Below, one piece after another: positions 36,182 to 46,322 of a stretch of DNA of 64,000 bases. Position numbers and translations under genes: made by a program. Source of the stretch: Bacteroidia bacterium (GTDB lineage: Bacteria; Bacteroidota; Bacteroidia; UBA7662); assembly GCA_041688385.1 (NCBI GenBank), contig JBDNIH010000168.1, positions 4,312-68,311 on the forward strand, given 5' to 3'. Each line of letters opens with the position of its first letter. Position 1 is the first letter of the stretch. The notes beneath the pieces are model-generated. The model ran no database searches and was not told the origin of the DNA. It saw only the letters and a list, made by a program, of their open reading frames with translations.

Positions 36182-36876
36182 CTGATATTGGGCTTAAATA
36201 GTGCCAGCACAGCCGACACTAAAATGTACGCCAAAATTACAAAAGCCAAGCCGAGGTAGGACAGGGAAATAATGAGAATTAACGAAAAAATCAGAAATAC
36301 ATAGACGAGTTCGTTTCCTTTCCATCCAAAGTGTTTGAATTTGAGAGCAAATAGCTCAAAAGGAGCATTCAGTAATAGGGCTAAGCCAAAGGAAAAACCA
36401 GCGACCATCGTTTTATTTAGCTCTGGTAAGCGGGATTGTGGACTGCTGAACAACCAAATGAGCAAAGAGGCTACTAAAATGGCGCTGGCAGGGGTTGGCA
36501 GGCCGATGAACTTATCGCTCTGGCGGGTATCGTGGTTAAATCGCGCCAGCCGCAAAGCCGATAACAACGGTAAGAGGAGTGCGGTATACTCCAGACCAAT
36601 GAATCCCGGTACCGAAGCAGACAATTGGTATAACAGCAGGCCTGGCAAAACGCCAAAACTAACCACGTCCGCCAAAGAATCGAGGTCCTTGCCGATAGGA
36701 GAGCTGGCCTTCAAAGCTCGGGCAGCAAATCCATCGAAAAAATCGAGCGCAGCTGCGATATAAATACAACGTGCAGCGCTGATTAAATCGCCCCAGCCGG
36801 CGAAAATGATGCCTAAACAGCCCAACAGCAGATTGGACAGGGTAATGATATTGGGGATATGTCGGAGTAAAGCCAT
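36178..36876 (-). CDS. pssA: CDP-alcohol phosphatidyltransferase (phosphatidylserine synthase-like)
   Basis: The CDP-OH_P_transf motif D(x)2DG(x)2AR...G(x)3D(x)3D appears as DFFDGFAARAL...GKDLDSLAD. Multiple transmembrane helices. Confidence 0.75.
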   Translation of the reverse strand: MALLRHIPNIITLSNLLLGCLGIIFAGWGDLISAARCIYIAAALDFFDGFAARALKASSPIGKDLDSLADVVSFGVLPGLLLYQLSASVPGFIGLEYTALLLPLLSALRLARFNHDTRQSDKFIGLPTPASAILVASLLIWLFSSPQSRLPELNKTMVAGFSFGLALLLNAPFELFALKFKHFGWKGNELVYVFLIFSLILIISLSYLGLAFVILAYILVSAVLALFKPNIR

Positions 36877-36921
36877 AAGATTGACTGAATTTGGCTAAAT
36901 TACAGCATTGAATTAGCTCCT

Positions 36922-37881
36922 ATGCGTATTGTCTTCTTTTTTCTGTTATCGCTGTTGTGTTTTACCAGTCTTGCTGTGGCTCAGCCCATCGCTTTTGCCG
37001 TTCATGGTGGCGCTGGTGCAGCAGATTCAATGAAGATGTCGCCGGCTTTGCGGTCTGCTATCTCGGCTGCCCTCACAGAAGCCGTTCAGGCGGGTTACTC
37101 CATACTCGAAAAGGGAGGAACTAGCCTCGAAGCGGTTGAAGCGGCCATCATCTTACTCGAAAACTCACCCCTATTTAATGCCGGAAAGGGGGCGGTTACC
37201 ACTTCTACAGGTATTTGCGAATTGGATGCTGCAATTATGGATGGTAAAACGGGTATGGCCGGCGCTGTAGCGGGTTTACATCACATCAAGAACCCAATTA
37301 GTCTCGCACGTTTGGTGAAAGACAGCACCCAGCACGTGATGCTGATTGGCGAGGGAGCAGAAGCTTTTGCTAAAACCCAAACAGTAGAATGGGTGAGTCC
37401 TTTGTATTTTCTAGAAAAATCGGAACTCAAAGGTGTGGGCCCTGAAGTTGTACAGCTCCACGACACTAAATTTGGCACCGTAGGCGCTGTGGCCCTCGAC
37501 AAAGCCGGAAATCTAGCTGCCGGAACTTCCACGGGGGGCATGCAAGGCAAAAAATTCGGACGGGTAGGGGATGTGCCCATTATTGGAGCAGGAACGTATG
37601 CCAACAATGCCTCGGTGGCTGTGAGCTGCACTGGTCATGGCGAATATTTTATACGTGAAGTGGTAGGTCATGAACTGTCGGCCTTGGTCATGTACAAAGG
37701 ACTTACCCTCCAAGAAGCTGGAGATGAGTTAGTTATGGATCGATTGGCAAAAAGCGGCGGAAAGGGCGGTTTAATTGCCATCGACAAAGCCGGCAACATT
37801 CACATGCCCTTCAATACGCCTGCTATGCTGCGCGCCAGCAAAGATGCCCGGGGTCATTTATATGTCCGCCTCTGGAAATAG
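36922..37881 (+). CDS. iaaA: Isoaspartyl peptidase / L-asparaginase (Ntn hydrolase, Asparaginase_2 family)
   Basis: It has a signal peptide and the autoproteolytic site GTVGAVALD (nucleophile Thr), plus the GxGG region. Confidence 0.85.
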   Translation: MRIVFFFLLSLLCFTSLAVAQPIAFAVHGGAGAADSMKMSPALRSAISAALTEAVQAGYSILEKGGTSLEAVEAAIILLENSPLFNAGKGAVTTSTGICELDAAIMDGKTGMAGAVAGLHHIKNPISLARLVKDSTQHVMLIGEGAEAFAKTQTVEWVSPLYFLEKSELKGVGPEVVQLHDTKFGTVGAVALDKAGNLAAGTSTGGMQGKKFGRVGDVPIIGAGTYANNASVAVSCTGHGEYFIREVVGHELSALVMYKGLTLQEAGDELVMDRLAKSGGKGGLIAIDKAGNIHMPFNTPAMLRASKDARGHLYVRLWK

Positions 37882-38018
37882 CTTAAAACAAGCAAAGCAG
37901 GGTTTAACATATACTATGCTTTAAAATGTGAACGCGAGCGCATTAGCGTACAAAATTCGTGTTATCTTTGTACCAGCATGTCCAAAATTATAATGGCGTG
38001 TGTTAGTTAACTTAACCT

Positions 38019-39089
38019 ATGATTACACCTGCAATTCGCTTTCAGCGCAAGGATGACACCGGTTTTGCCCGGGAACTAAAAAACCGCATTGATAACTATT
38101 TCCAAGAGAATAAACTTAACAAAACCGGCGGTAGTCGGATGGTTTGGAAAGCAGTTGGCATGATGAGTATGTATTTGCTTCCTTACGGCTTGATTTTATC
38201 AGGCATGTTTGGCCCTTGGACCATGCTCTTACTCTGCATCTGGATGGGCGCAGGCCTCGCCGGTGTAGGAATGTCGGTGATGCACGATGCTTGTCACGGT
38301 GCTTTTTCTGAAAAACGTTGGGTAAACAAATTATTTGCCCGTTCTATGTATCTAGTTGGCGGTAACGTATACAACTGGAAAATCCAGCACAATACACTAC
38401 ACCATACCTTTACCAATGTGCACCATGCCGATGAGGATATTGCTGGTAAAGCTTTTCTTCGCCTCGACCGTAACGACGAGCTGAAACCAAGTCATCGCTT
38501 CCAGCATTATTATGCCTTCGGACTTTACACCCTCATGACCATGGCTTTCCACGTGAAAGACTTTCGTCAGGTATGGAATTGGGGCAAACAAACGTCGAGC
38601 AAGGTATTTGCGAAAGAATTTGTCCTGCTCGTATTAGGCAAATTATTCTTCTTTGCTTTTGTGTTGGTTCCGCCAATGTTGGTATTGGATGTGGCTTTTT
38701 GGCAGGTATTAATCGGCTTTATGGCCGTGAACCTGACTTCAGGTTTTGTGCTTTCGGTGGTTTTTCAACTCGCTCACATTGTTGAAGAGGCCGAACAAAT
38801 CAAAGCCGAAGAAGGTGAAATCAACCATGTTTTTGCGGTTCACCAACTCAAAACCACAGCTAACTTCTCACCCCGCAGTAAATTCCTTACTTGGTATTTG
38901 GGCGGTCTGAACTTCCAAGTGGAGCACCATTTGTTTCCGAACATCTGTCACCTTCACTACAAACATTTAGCACCTATCGTTGAAAAAACGGCACGTGAGT
39001 ATGATGTGTCTTATCACATGCATCAAACGTTTGGAAGTGCGCTGAGTTCGCACATGCGATTGCTCAAACGACTTGGCACACAACCTTAA
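38019..39089 (+). CDS. Membrane fatty acid desaturase with front-end-type His boxes (DesD/delta-6-like), no cytochrome b5 domain
   Basis: The three His boxes are HDACHGAF (HxxxH), HNTLHH (HxxHH) and QVEHHLFP. The QxxHH third box is typical of front-end desaturases. 356 aa with four predicted transmembrane segments. Confidence 0.8.
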   Translation: MITPAIRFQRKDDTGFARELKNRIDNYFQENKLNKTGGSRMVWKAVGMMSMYLLPYGLILSGMFGPWTMLLLCIWMGAGLAGVGMSVMHDACHGAFSEKRWVNKLFARSMYLVGGNVYNWKIQHNTLHHTFTNVHHADEDIAGKAFLRLDRNDELKPSHRFQHYYAFGLYTLMTMAFHVKDFRQVWNWGKQTSSKVFAKEFVLLVLGKLFFFAFVLVPPMLVLDVAFWQVLIGFMAVNLTSGFVLSVVFQLAHIVEEAEQIKAEEGEINHVFAVHQLKTTANFSPRSKFLTWYLGGLNFQVEHHLFPNICHLHYKHLAPIVEKTAREYDVSYHMHQTFGSALSSHMRLLKRLGTQP

Positions 39090-39159
39090 ACCTGGTTTAC
39101 AGTGACAATTTTTTGCCACAAACATTGAATTAAAAAACGTCAAGTCTAAAGCTTAAAGA

Positions 39160-39187
39160 GAGTCCCGCACCGCGGGACTTTTTTTAT
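39160..39187 (+). terminator. Rho-independent terminator after desaturase
   Basis: GTCCCGC-ACC-GCGGGAC is followed by TTTTTTTT. Confidence 0.7.
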
Positions 39188-39429
39188 TCATACGGTTTTG
39201 CTCCTTGAAAAACGAGTAGGTTTTGCGCCTGTCTCCATACCCTAACCGCTTGAAAAGAGAGTTAGCGCATATTTTAGGGTGCTCCTATTTAAACGAATGA
39301 CTATAGATTCAAGAAACGTTTTGGGATTTATATTGCAGTCTGCCGGTAGACCTCCTTTACTTTAGGAAATTTATGAACACGTACAAATTCCGTTAAACAA
39401 CAAGAGCACCGTTGCGTTAACTTTGTATC

Positions 39430-40506
39430 ATGGCTGTACAACCTACCGAAGCTGCTGTTTTAGCCGCACTGAGCCGAGTAATCGAGCCGGATTTGCGCAA
39501 AGATCTAGTAAGCCTGAAGATGATTAAAACGCTGGAAACAGCACCAAATCTTATTCGTTTTTCCATCGAACTAACCACACCGGCTTGTCCGCTGAAAGAT
39601 CAGATCGAAGCTGACTGCCGCCGTGAACTAGCGGTTGATTTTGGAGAAACACCTGTTGAGATCAAAATGACTGCCAGGGTAATTGGTCAGGGCAGTGCCC
39701 GCGACTTGATACCCAACGTTAAAAACGTGGTACTCGTTGCTTCCGGCAAAGGTGGCGTAGGGAAGAGCACGGTCTCTGCCAACCTTGCCATCGCTTTGGC
39801 GCAAACGGGTGCAAAAGTAGGTTTGATGGATGCTGATATTCACGGCCCGAGTCTCCCGATGATGTTTGGACTGCAAGGGCAGCGTCCCGAAATGGAGGGC
39901 GACACCATACTGCCTATCGAAAAATACGGCATCCGCACGATGTCTATTGGTTTGTTGGTCGATGCCAAACAAGCTATCGTGTGGCGTGGCCCCATGGTGA
40001 GCAAGGCCCTGCGCCAGTTTTTTACCGATGTGCAATGGGGTGAACTGGATTATTTGCTCATCGATTTGCCACCCGGTACCGGCGACATCCACCTCACACT
40101 GGCTCAATTACTTAAGGTAGCAGGAGCGGTAATCGTTACTACACCCCAACAAATCGCCTTGGCCGATGCCCGAAAAGCTGCAGGCATGTTCCGCATGCAA
40201 GGCATTGAGATACCAGTTTTGGGTGTAATTGAAAATATGTCGTGGTTTACGCCTATCGCCCACCCCGACGAAAAATACTATCTGTTCGGTCGCGGCGGCG
40301 GTACCAGTCTGGGTGAAGAGCTGAATGTCCCACTCCTTGGTCAAATTCCGCTCGTTCAAGGCATAGCAGAAGCCGCTGATAGTGGTCGCCCAATTGTACT
40401 TGACGAAGGCAATCCTGCGGCTTTGTACTATAACCAACTTGCTGGCGTGCTGGCACAACAACTTTCCTTGGGTAACCTCGCAGCCTTAAACCCGGTGGAG
40501 GGGTAA
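39430..40506 (+). CDS. apbC: Fe-S cluster carrier ATPase ApbC/Mrp (with N-terminal DUF59 domain)
   Basis: The Walker A motif is SGKGGVGKSTVSANLA. A conserved CxxC-type region and an N-terminal MIP18/DUF59-like domain are present. 358 aa. Confidence 0.9.
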   Translation: MAVQPTEAAVLAALSRVIEPDLRKDLVSLKMIKTLETAPNLIRFSIELTTPACPLKDQIEADCRRELAVDFGETPVEIKMTARVIGQGSARDLIPNVKNVVLVASGKGGVGKSTVSANLAIALAQTGAKVGLMDADIHGPSLPMMFGLQGQRPEMEGDTILPIEKYGIRTMSIGLLVDAKQAIVWRGPMVSKALRQFFTDVQWGELDYLLIDLPPGTGDIHLTLAQLLKVAGAVIVTTPQQIALADARKAAGMFRMQGIEIPVLGVIENMSWFTPIAHPDEKYYLFGRGGGTSLGEELNVPLLGQIPLVQGIAEAADSGRPIVLDEGNPAALYYNQLAGVLAQQLSLGNLAALNPVEG

Positions 40507-40539
40507 GCTGTTGGTAAATAGCCTATTTTTGTAAACATT

Positions 40540-40800
40540 ATGGTGAATGCCGATTTGATAAAGAGAGTAGAAGAAGCCCTAGAAAATATCCGGCCGTATT
40601 TACAAACCGATGGTGGAGATGTCGAAATTATCGATATCACACCGGAAATGGTGGTGAGATTGCGTTTATTGGGCAGTTGCGAAAGCTGCAGCATGAGTGC
40701 AATGACCATGAAAGCCGGCATCGAAAAAACCATACGTAAAAGTATACCCGAAATCACAGGCGTAGAAGCCATTAGCGGTACCCAAATTCACCAGGAATGA
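40540..40800 (+). CDS. NifU-like C-terminal-domain Fe-S assembly protein
   Basis: The 86 aa protein has the CESCSMS (CxxC) motif in the canonical NifU C-terminal domain context. Confidence 0.8.
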   Translation: MVNADLIKRVEEALENIRPYLQTDGGDVEIIDITPEMVVRLRLLGSCESCSMSAMTMKAGIEKTIRKSIPEITGVEAISGTQIHQE

Positions 40801-41600
40801 CGCGTGGGGAGCTATATGCGCAGATGTTGGTGAAAAAATCCTTCCTCTGCGTAGGCCTCGATACCGATCCGACCAAATTACCTGCCATCCTCAAAAACGA
40901 AAAAAACCCTGTTTTGGTCTTTAATAAAGCCATTATAGATGCTACCCAGGATTTGGCGGTAAGCTATAAGCCTAATCTCGCCTTTTACGAAGCCCTCGGC
41001 CCCGCTGGTTGGGATACGCTCCAAGCAACAATGGAGGAGATACCCGACGAAATTTTCACCATCGCAGACGCCAAAAGAGGAGATATCGGCAATACAGCCG
41101 ATGCTTACGCACGCACTTTTTTTCACCGGTATCACTTTGATAGCGTTACCGTTAACCCCTATATGGGTAGCGATTCCGTTACACCGTTTTTACAATATCC
41201 CGGCAAATGGGCCATCGTTTTGGGTCTTACCTCCAATCCTGGTGCTGCCGATATTCAATACCTTCAAGTGGGGAAGGAGAAGGTGTACGAAGCCACCATG
41301 CGGCAAGTCGCGGCATGGGGAACGGCCGATAATACCATGTTTGTCGTTGGCGCTACCCGCCCTGAAGAACTCAAAAAAATCCGCCAAACGTACCCTGAAC
41401 ACTTTCTTTTGGTGCCTGGCGTAGGTGCCCAAGGGGGGAGTTTAGCGGCGGTGTATAAAAATGGCACGAATCCATTGTGCGGAATGCTTGTGAATGCTTC
41501 GCGGAGCGTATTGTATGCTTCGTCAGGAGCCGATTTTGCGGAAGCGGCGCGGGCAGAGGCCTTGCGGATACAGGGGGAGATGGCGGAGCTACTTGCTTAG
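40797..41600 (+). CDS. pyrF: Orotidine 5'-phosphate decarboxylase (type 2, long form)
   Basis: The segments LCVGLDTDP and the catalytic IADAKRGDIGNT are present. 267 aa. Confidence 0.85.
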   Translation: MTRGELYAQMLVKKSFLCVGLDTDPTKLPAILKNEKNPVLVFNKAIIDATQDLAVSYKPNLAFYEALGPAGWDTLQATMEEIPDEIFTIADAKRGDIGNTADAYARTFFHRYHFDSVTVNPYMGSDSVTPFLQYPGKWAIVLGLTSNPGAADIQYLQVGKEKVYEATMRQVAAWGTADNTMFVVGATRPEELKKIRQTYPEHFLLVPGVGAQGGSLAAVYKNGTNPLCGMLVNASRSVLYASSGADFAEAARAEALRIQGEMAELLA

Positions 41601-41763
41601 TAGATGGGCCACTGGTTTTTGAAATTTTACTGATTTTCGTAGATTTTTAAGCGAAGCAGCCGACGGTCTGAGTCGAAAGGGGTGAGCCTATGCATTTCGT
41701 TTTTGGCCGACCCGAGCCAGGACCGGCCGCGCGCAAGCTCGAGATTTGCGGACGCCGTATTGA

Positions 41764-41800
41764 ACAAAAAAACCCGGCGACATTAGCCCACCGGGTTTAA
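41764..41800 (-). terminator. Rho-independent terminator downstream of tRNA-Pro (minus strand)
   Basis: On the minus strand the sequence reads AAACCCGG-TGGGCTAATGTCG-CCGGGTTTTTTTGTT. Confidence 0.5.
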
Positions 41801-41806
41801 AAACTG

Positions 41807-41881
41807 TCGGGGTGACTGGATTCGAACCAGCGACCTCACGCCCCCCAGACGTGTACGCTAACCGGACTGCGCTACACCCCG
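41807..41881 (-). tRNA. tRNA-Pro (anticodon GGG)
   Basis: The reverse complement folds as a cloverleaf. The acceptor stem is CGGGGTG/CACCCCG with the C1:G72 pair typical of bacterial tRNA-Pro. The anticodon arm is CACGT-CTGGGGG-GCGTG, the T-loop is TTCGAAT, and the discriminator is A. No CCA is encoded. Confidence 0.85.
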
Positions 41882-42005
41882 AATACAGTGGGTGTAAATA
41901 TAAGTTGACGCAGCGAATTGTCAAGTATCACGCAACTTTTATCCCAAACGGCGCAAAGTTATTCCAAGCGCTTGGAAGCCAGCTTTTCAAGTTTTAGCTT
42001 GATGC

Positions 42006-43271
42006 ATGAATGAGTATTTTTTGCATTATTTATGGCGGCACCGGCTCTTCGAAATGAGCCAGATGACATGCGAAAGTGGCGAAGACTTGGCTATACTTCA
42101 CCCCGGTTTTTATAACCGCGACGCCGGGCCTGATTTTCAAGAAGCCCTACTGCGGATAGGCGATACGCGCTGGATGGGTAGTGTAGAACTTCATGTAAAA
42201 AGCAGCGAGTGGAAGGTACACGGGCACAGCAGCGATCCGGCCTACAACAATGTGATTTTACATGTGGTGTGGGAGCACGACGCGGAAGTAAGCCGCAATG
42301 ACGACAGCCTTTTGCCAGTCTTTACCCTGCAAAAACGGGTGGAACCTGCTCTAGTTAAACGGTACAGTCAGCTTAGCTACAGCCATGAGCCCATTCCTTG
42401 TGCCCGACAGTGGAAAGGCCATTTCCCCAGAGCTGCTTTACAAATGTTGGAACGTGCAGCCGTGGAAAGACTCGAAAAACGCACCGCGCACATCCTAAAA
42501 CTTGTAGCGGAGCGGCAAGGCGACTGGGAAGCAGCCTGCTGGCTGTGGCTGGCCCGGGCCTTCGGACAACGGGTAAATGCCGATGCTTTTGAACGTTTGG
42601 CTGGCAGCTTGCCGTGGAAGTTGGTACAGCGCCTCGCCATCCAACCTTTTCAACTCGAAGCAGCGCTTTTTGGACAGGCGGGTTTTTTGCACAGCCCAAC
42701 CAATGCCCACCAACAAAAACTCCAGAAAGAATACCGCTACCTGACCGTAAAATACGGCATGCAACCCGCGCTCGGCCTGCAATGGAAACGATTGCGCATG
42801 TATCCGGCCGCTTTCCCCCAGAGCCGTTTGGAGCAGCTTTACCGACTCTTGAAGCAACATCCCCGTTTGCTCGCCGATTTGTTGGATGCCCAAGATGTAA
42901 AGGCACTCCGTCACCTTTTTGCAGCGCTCACCAGTGCGGATGAAGGGGTGCTTAATTCCCCTAAATCCCGCAAACATAGCCCAGCCAAAGCCACACTGGA
43001 TCGATGGCTGATTAATGCCGCAGTACCCTTGGTGTTCGCTTACGGACATTTCCATCAATTGCCCGAGCTGACCGAAAAGGCAGTGCGTTGGCTCGAAAGT
43101 CTGGCCGCCGAAACCAACCATGTCACCCGGCAATACAATCAGTTCGGTTTAACGCCATTAAATGCGTTACACAGTCAGGGGCTTTTAGAGTTAAACGCGG
43201 TATATTGCAACGCCAAACGCTGTCTGGACTGCCTCATTGGTAACCATTGGTTATTGAAAACACCCCCATGA
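42006..43271 (+). CDS. DUF2851-family protein (Bacteroidetes-conserved hypothetical)
   Basis: The 421 aa protein has the N-terminal FLHYLWRHRLF signature of DUF2851 proteins. Confidence 0.65.
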   Translation: MNEYFLHYLWRHRLFEMSQMTCESGEDLAILHPGFYNRDAGPDFQEALLRIGDTRWMGSVELHVKSSEWKVHGHSSDPAYNNVILHVVWEHDAEVSRNDDSLLPVFTLQKRVEPALVKRYSQLSYSHEPIPCARQWKGHFPRAALQMLERAAVERLEKRTAHILKLVAERQGDWEAACWLWLARAFGQRVNADAFERLAGSLPWKLVQRLAIQPFQLEAALFGQAGFLHSPTNAHQQKLQKEYRYLTVKYGMQPALGLQWKRLRMYPAAFPQSRLEQLYRLLKQHPRLLADLLDAQDVKALRHLFAALTSADEGVLNSPKSRKHSPAKATLDRWLINAAVPLVFAYGHFHQLPELTEKAVRWLESLAAETNHVTRQYNQFGLTPLNALHSQGLLELNAVYCNAKRCLDCLIGNHWLLKTPP

Positions 43272-43501
43272 AAAAAATAGAAGGACTCACCAACGACTTT
43301 AAAGACTACTCGCAGGCACAATTTTTTGGCGTTTGCAGTTACGTGGCCGATCGGTTTGATCTTTCGTTGACACGGGTCCGCAACGTCTTTATTTATCTCT
43401 CATTTTTGTCGTTTGGTTCACCGTTGGTGCTTTATTTGATTGTGGCTTTCTGGCTCGACATAAAATCATATATCAAACGTAAAAGCATCATCTGGGATTG
43501 A
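43268..43501 (+). CDS. Small PspC-domain membrane protein
   Basis: The likely start is ATG 43268 (MKKIEGL), which overlaps the upstream stop (ATGA). The PspC motif is GVCSYVADRFDLSLTRVRNVFIYLSFLSFGSPLVLYLIVAFWL. Confidence 0.7.
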   Translation: MKKIEGLTNDFKDYSQAQFFGVCSYVADRFDLSLTRVRNVFIYLSFLSFGSPLVLYLIVAFWLDIKSYIKRKSIIWD

Positions 43502-43515
43502 TTAAACAATAATTT

Positions 43516-44424
43516 TTGATGAAAATTTTGATCTCCGGTAGCAATGGCCTGCTTGGGCAAAAATTGGTACACGCCCTGCATGCCGATGCAAGTGTAGAAC
43601 TTATTGCCACCGCAAGAGGAGCCAACCGCCTTCAAGCAGTGCGGGGTTTTACCTATGTCGCAATGGATATTTTGGATGATGTTGAGGTCCAACGCATTGT
43701 TGGTCAATACAAGCCCGATGTGGTGATTCATACGGCCGCCATGACCCAGGTAGATGATTGCGAAGACCGGCAAGACCTGTGCTGGGCAATGAATGTAACG
43801 GCTGTTGCGCACTTGATTAAAGCGTGTGGTAGTGTTGGTGCTCACTTGGTGCAACTCTCCACCGATTTTATTTTCGATGGTGTTTCGGGGCCTTATCTTG
43901 AAACCGCCTCGCCTAATCCCCTCAGTTTTTATGGCAAAAGCAAATTGGCTGCGGAAAAATTGATACAGGAAAGCACTATCAGTTGGAGTATTTTAAGGAC
44001 GGTACTTGTTTTTGGGGTGGTGGAAGATATGAGCCGGAGCAATATTGTATTGTGGGCTAAAGCTGCCTTGGAAAAAAAGCAGCAACTCAACATTGTCAAC
44101 GACCAATTCCGCACACCAACTTTGGCAGAAGATTTGGCCCAGGGTTGTATACTCGCTGCCAAACAAAAGGCCAAAGGCGTTTACAACATCAGCGGCGCCG
44201 ATTATATGTCGGTAGAGGAGCTGGTACGCCGTGTAGCTCGTTATTTCGGCCTCGACGAAAGTCATATCACCCCGGTGAGTTCAAGCACGCTGAATCAGAA
44301 GGCCGCCAGACCGTTGATTTCTGGCTTCATCATCGACAAAGCACGTGCCGAATTGGGGTTCAAGCCCCATAGTTTTGAGGACGGAATTGGCCTAGTCATG
44401 CAACAATTTATTCAGCCGAATTAA
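43516..44424 (+). CDS. rfbD: dTDP-4-dehydrorhamnose reductase
   Basis: The RmlD substrate-binding family Rossmann start KILISGSNGLLG and the YxxxK catalytic pair (YGKSK) are present. 302 aa. Confidence 0.8.
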   Translation: MMKILISGSNGLLGQKLVHALHADASVELIATARGANRLQAVRGFTYVAMDILDDVEVQRIVGQYKPDVVIHTAAMTQVDDCEDRQDLCWAMNVTAVAHLIKACGSVGAHLVQLSTDFIFDGVSGPYLETASPNPLSFYGKSKLAAEKLIQESTISWSILRTVLVFGVVEDMSRSNIVLWAKAALEKKQQLNIVNDQFRTPTLAEDLAQGCILAAKQKAKGVYNISGADYMSVEELVRRVARYFGLDESHITPVSSSTLNQKAARPLISGFIIDKARAELGFKPHSFEDGIGLVMQQFIQPN

Positions 44425-44492
44425 GTAGAGCATTTGGCTTTACGACTTCGGCACTGTACTTTCAACGCTTCGTTTATCTGCAAACTACATCT

Positions 44493-46322
44493 ATGTCGAA
44501 TACATCAGATTCCTGGGGATCGAGAGTAGGTTTAATTTTGGCCATGGCAGGCAATGCCGTGGGCCTTGGAAACTTTCTTCGTTTTCCGGTTCAAGCTGTT
44601 CAAAATGGGGGAGGGGCCTTCATCATTCCTTACCTCGTTTGTTTTTTATTGATGGGTATACCGCTGCTTTGGATTGAGTGGTCGGTAGGTCGTTTTGGAG
44701 GCCGTTTTGGCAATCACTCTACACCATTTATACTCGATAACATGACCAAACGTAAGTTTTGGAAGTATTTCGGGGTATTTGGCATCTTTACCAATATTGC
44801 GGTCGCAGCGTATTACTGCTATATCGAATCATGGACCCTGTCGTATATGTACCATTCGTTGATGCAAACCTTTAGTGGTATGAGTCAGACGGGTATCGCC
44901 AGTTTCTTCGATTCTTACACGGATATCGGGCATTCAACGACCGGTATTCCTTACGAAGCGGTCGTTTTTTACATCATCTGTCTGGTTTTGAATACCTGGA
45001 TTTTATCTAAGGGGCTCAGCGGGGGTGTAGAAAAGGTCGCGAAAATCGGTATGCCACTGCTCATCGCATTTGGCTTTTTGCTGGCACTCAAGGGCTGGAC
45101 ATTAGGCGACAGCGGTGCAACAGCTGGTTGTACAGATTGTAATAGCTTCCTCGGCCTCGACTTCCTCTGGAAACCGGAGTTTAAATCGTTGTACGACCCT
45201 AAAGTATGGCTGGCCGCTGCTGGTCAGATTTTTTTCACCCTATCGGTGGGTATGGGCACCATTCAGTGTTATGCCGCCTATGTGAAAAAAAATGATGACA
45301 TCGCCTTGAATGCCATGTCGGCAGGATGGATGAATGGATTTGTGGAGATTGTACTCGGCGCTTCTATCGTGATTCCCATTGCCGTGGGTTACCTCGGTCT
45401 CGATTGGGTGAAAGAAAATGCAGGCTTCTCCATGGCCTTTCAGACGATGCCCTACCTTTTTCAGAAATGGGGACTTTATTTGGGTACTGCTGCTGGTTTT
45501 ATGTGGTTTGGTTTGTTATTTTTTGCAGGCATCACCTCCTCGCTGGCTATGGGTACGCCTTGGATGGGCTTCATGCGCGACGAATTCGGCTGGAACTTAA
45601 AAAAAGGCGCCTGGTCGTTTGGTTTAATTGTATTAATGATGGGTTTACCCACGGTATTGTTTTACCAAGAAGGTGTATTCGGCGAATATGACTATTGGGC
45701 GGGGACGGTATCCCTGGTAGTTTTTGCTTTGGCTGAAACTATTTTATTTTCTTGGGTTTTTGGCATCAAACGAGGTTGGGAAGAGATCAATCTTGGTGCT
45801 GACATGCGGGTGCCAGGCATCTATAAGCCTATCATCAAGTACGTGACGCCGCTGTTGCTGTTGATTGTGTTCCTAGCTGCTCTGTTTACGCCCAAGGACA
45901 ATGACTGGAAACGTGCGTTTAGTGAAGGTTGGGAACTAGATGCCAGCTCAATCATTGGTAATATCACCCACATGGGCATTGATGTGAACCGAGATTATTT
46001 TGCTGAACATTATGAGTCGGGCGTGAGTGGTCAGGTTAAACGGGTTTATACAGAACGCAGCAAGGTGAAAGTAGAAATCAGTCATGCCGATTCGGATACC
46101 AAAACAACGACTTACGAATTCCATCCTGCCGAACACAAATTGCAGGTTCAGGAAGGCGACCAAGTGAACCGGCTGGATAAGTTGGCTACTGGCTCTTTTG
46201 TTAACAATATTTTTTATACGGATATGGCCCGTTTGTGGCTGATGTGTCTTTTCGGCTTTTTGGCTTATTTGGTACACCGGGCCACCAAACAACGTAAACT
46301 AAGCGGAAGGGAAGCCTCATGA
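44493..46322 (+). CDS. Sodium-dependent transporter, neurotransmitter:sodium symporter (NSS/SNF) family
   Basis: The canonical NSS TM1 region is GNAVGLGNFLRFP...GGGAFIIPY, and there are 12 predicted transmembrane segments. 609 aa. Confidence 0.9.
   Translation: MSNTSDSWGSRVGLILAMAGNAVGLGNFLRFPVQAVQNGGGAFIIPYLVCFLLMGIPLLWIEWSVGRFGGRFGNHSTPFILDNMTKRKFWKYFGVFGIFTNIAVAAYYCYIESWTLSYMYHSLMQTFSGMSQTGIASFFDSYTDIGHSTTGIPYEAVVFYIICLVLNTWILSKGLSGGVEKVAKIGMPLLIAFGFLLALKGWTLGDSGATAGCTDCNSFLGLDFLWKPEFKSLYDPKVWLAAAGQIFFTLSVGMGTIQCYAAYVKKNDDIALNAMSAGWMNGFVEIVLGASIVIPIAVGYLGLDWVKENAGFSMAFQTMPYLFQKWGLYLGTAAGFMWFGLLFFAGITSSLAMGTPWMGFMRDEFGWNLKKGAWSFGLIVLMMGLPTVLFYQEGVFGEYDYWAGTVSLVVFALAETILFSWVFGIKRGWEEINLGADMRVPGIYKPIIKYVTPLLLLIVFLAALFTPKDNDWKRAFSEGWELDASSIIGNITHMGIDVNRDYFAEHYESGVSGQVKRVYTERSKVKVEISHADSDTKTTTYEFHPAEHKLQVQEGDQVNRLDKLATGSFVNNIFYTDMARLWLMCLFGFLAYLVHRATKQRKLSGREAS

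Noticed and set aside
41688-41997. ORFs 41688..41924 (-) and 41812..41997 (+) lie over tRNA-Pro.
   Set aside because: They overlap the tRNA-Pro gene and its terminator, with no coding signal.
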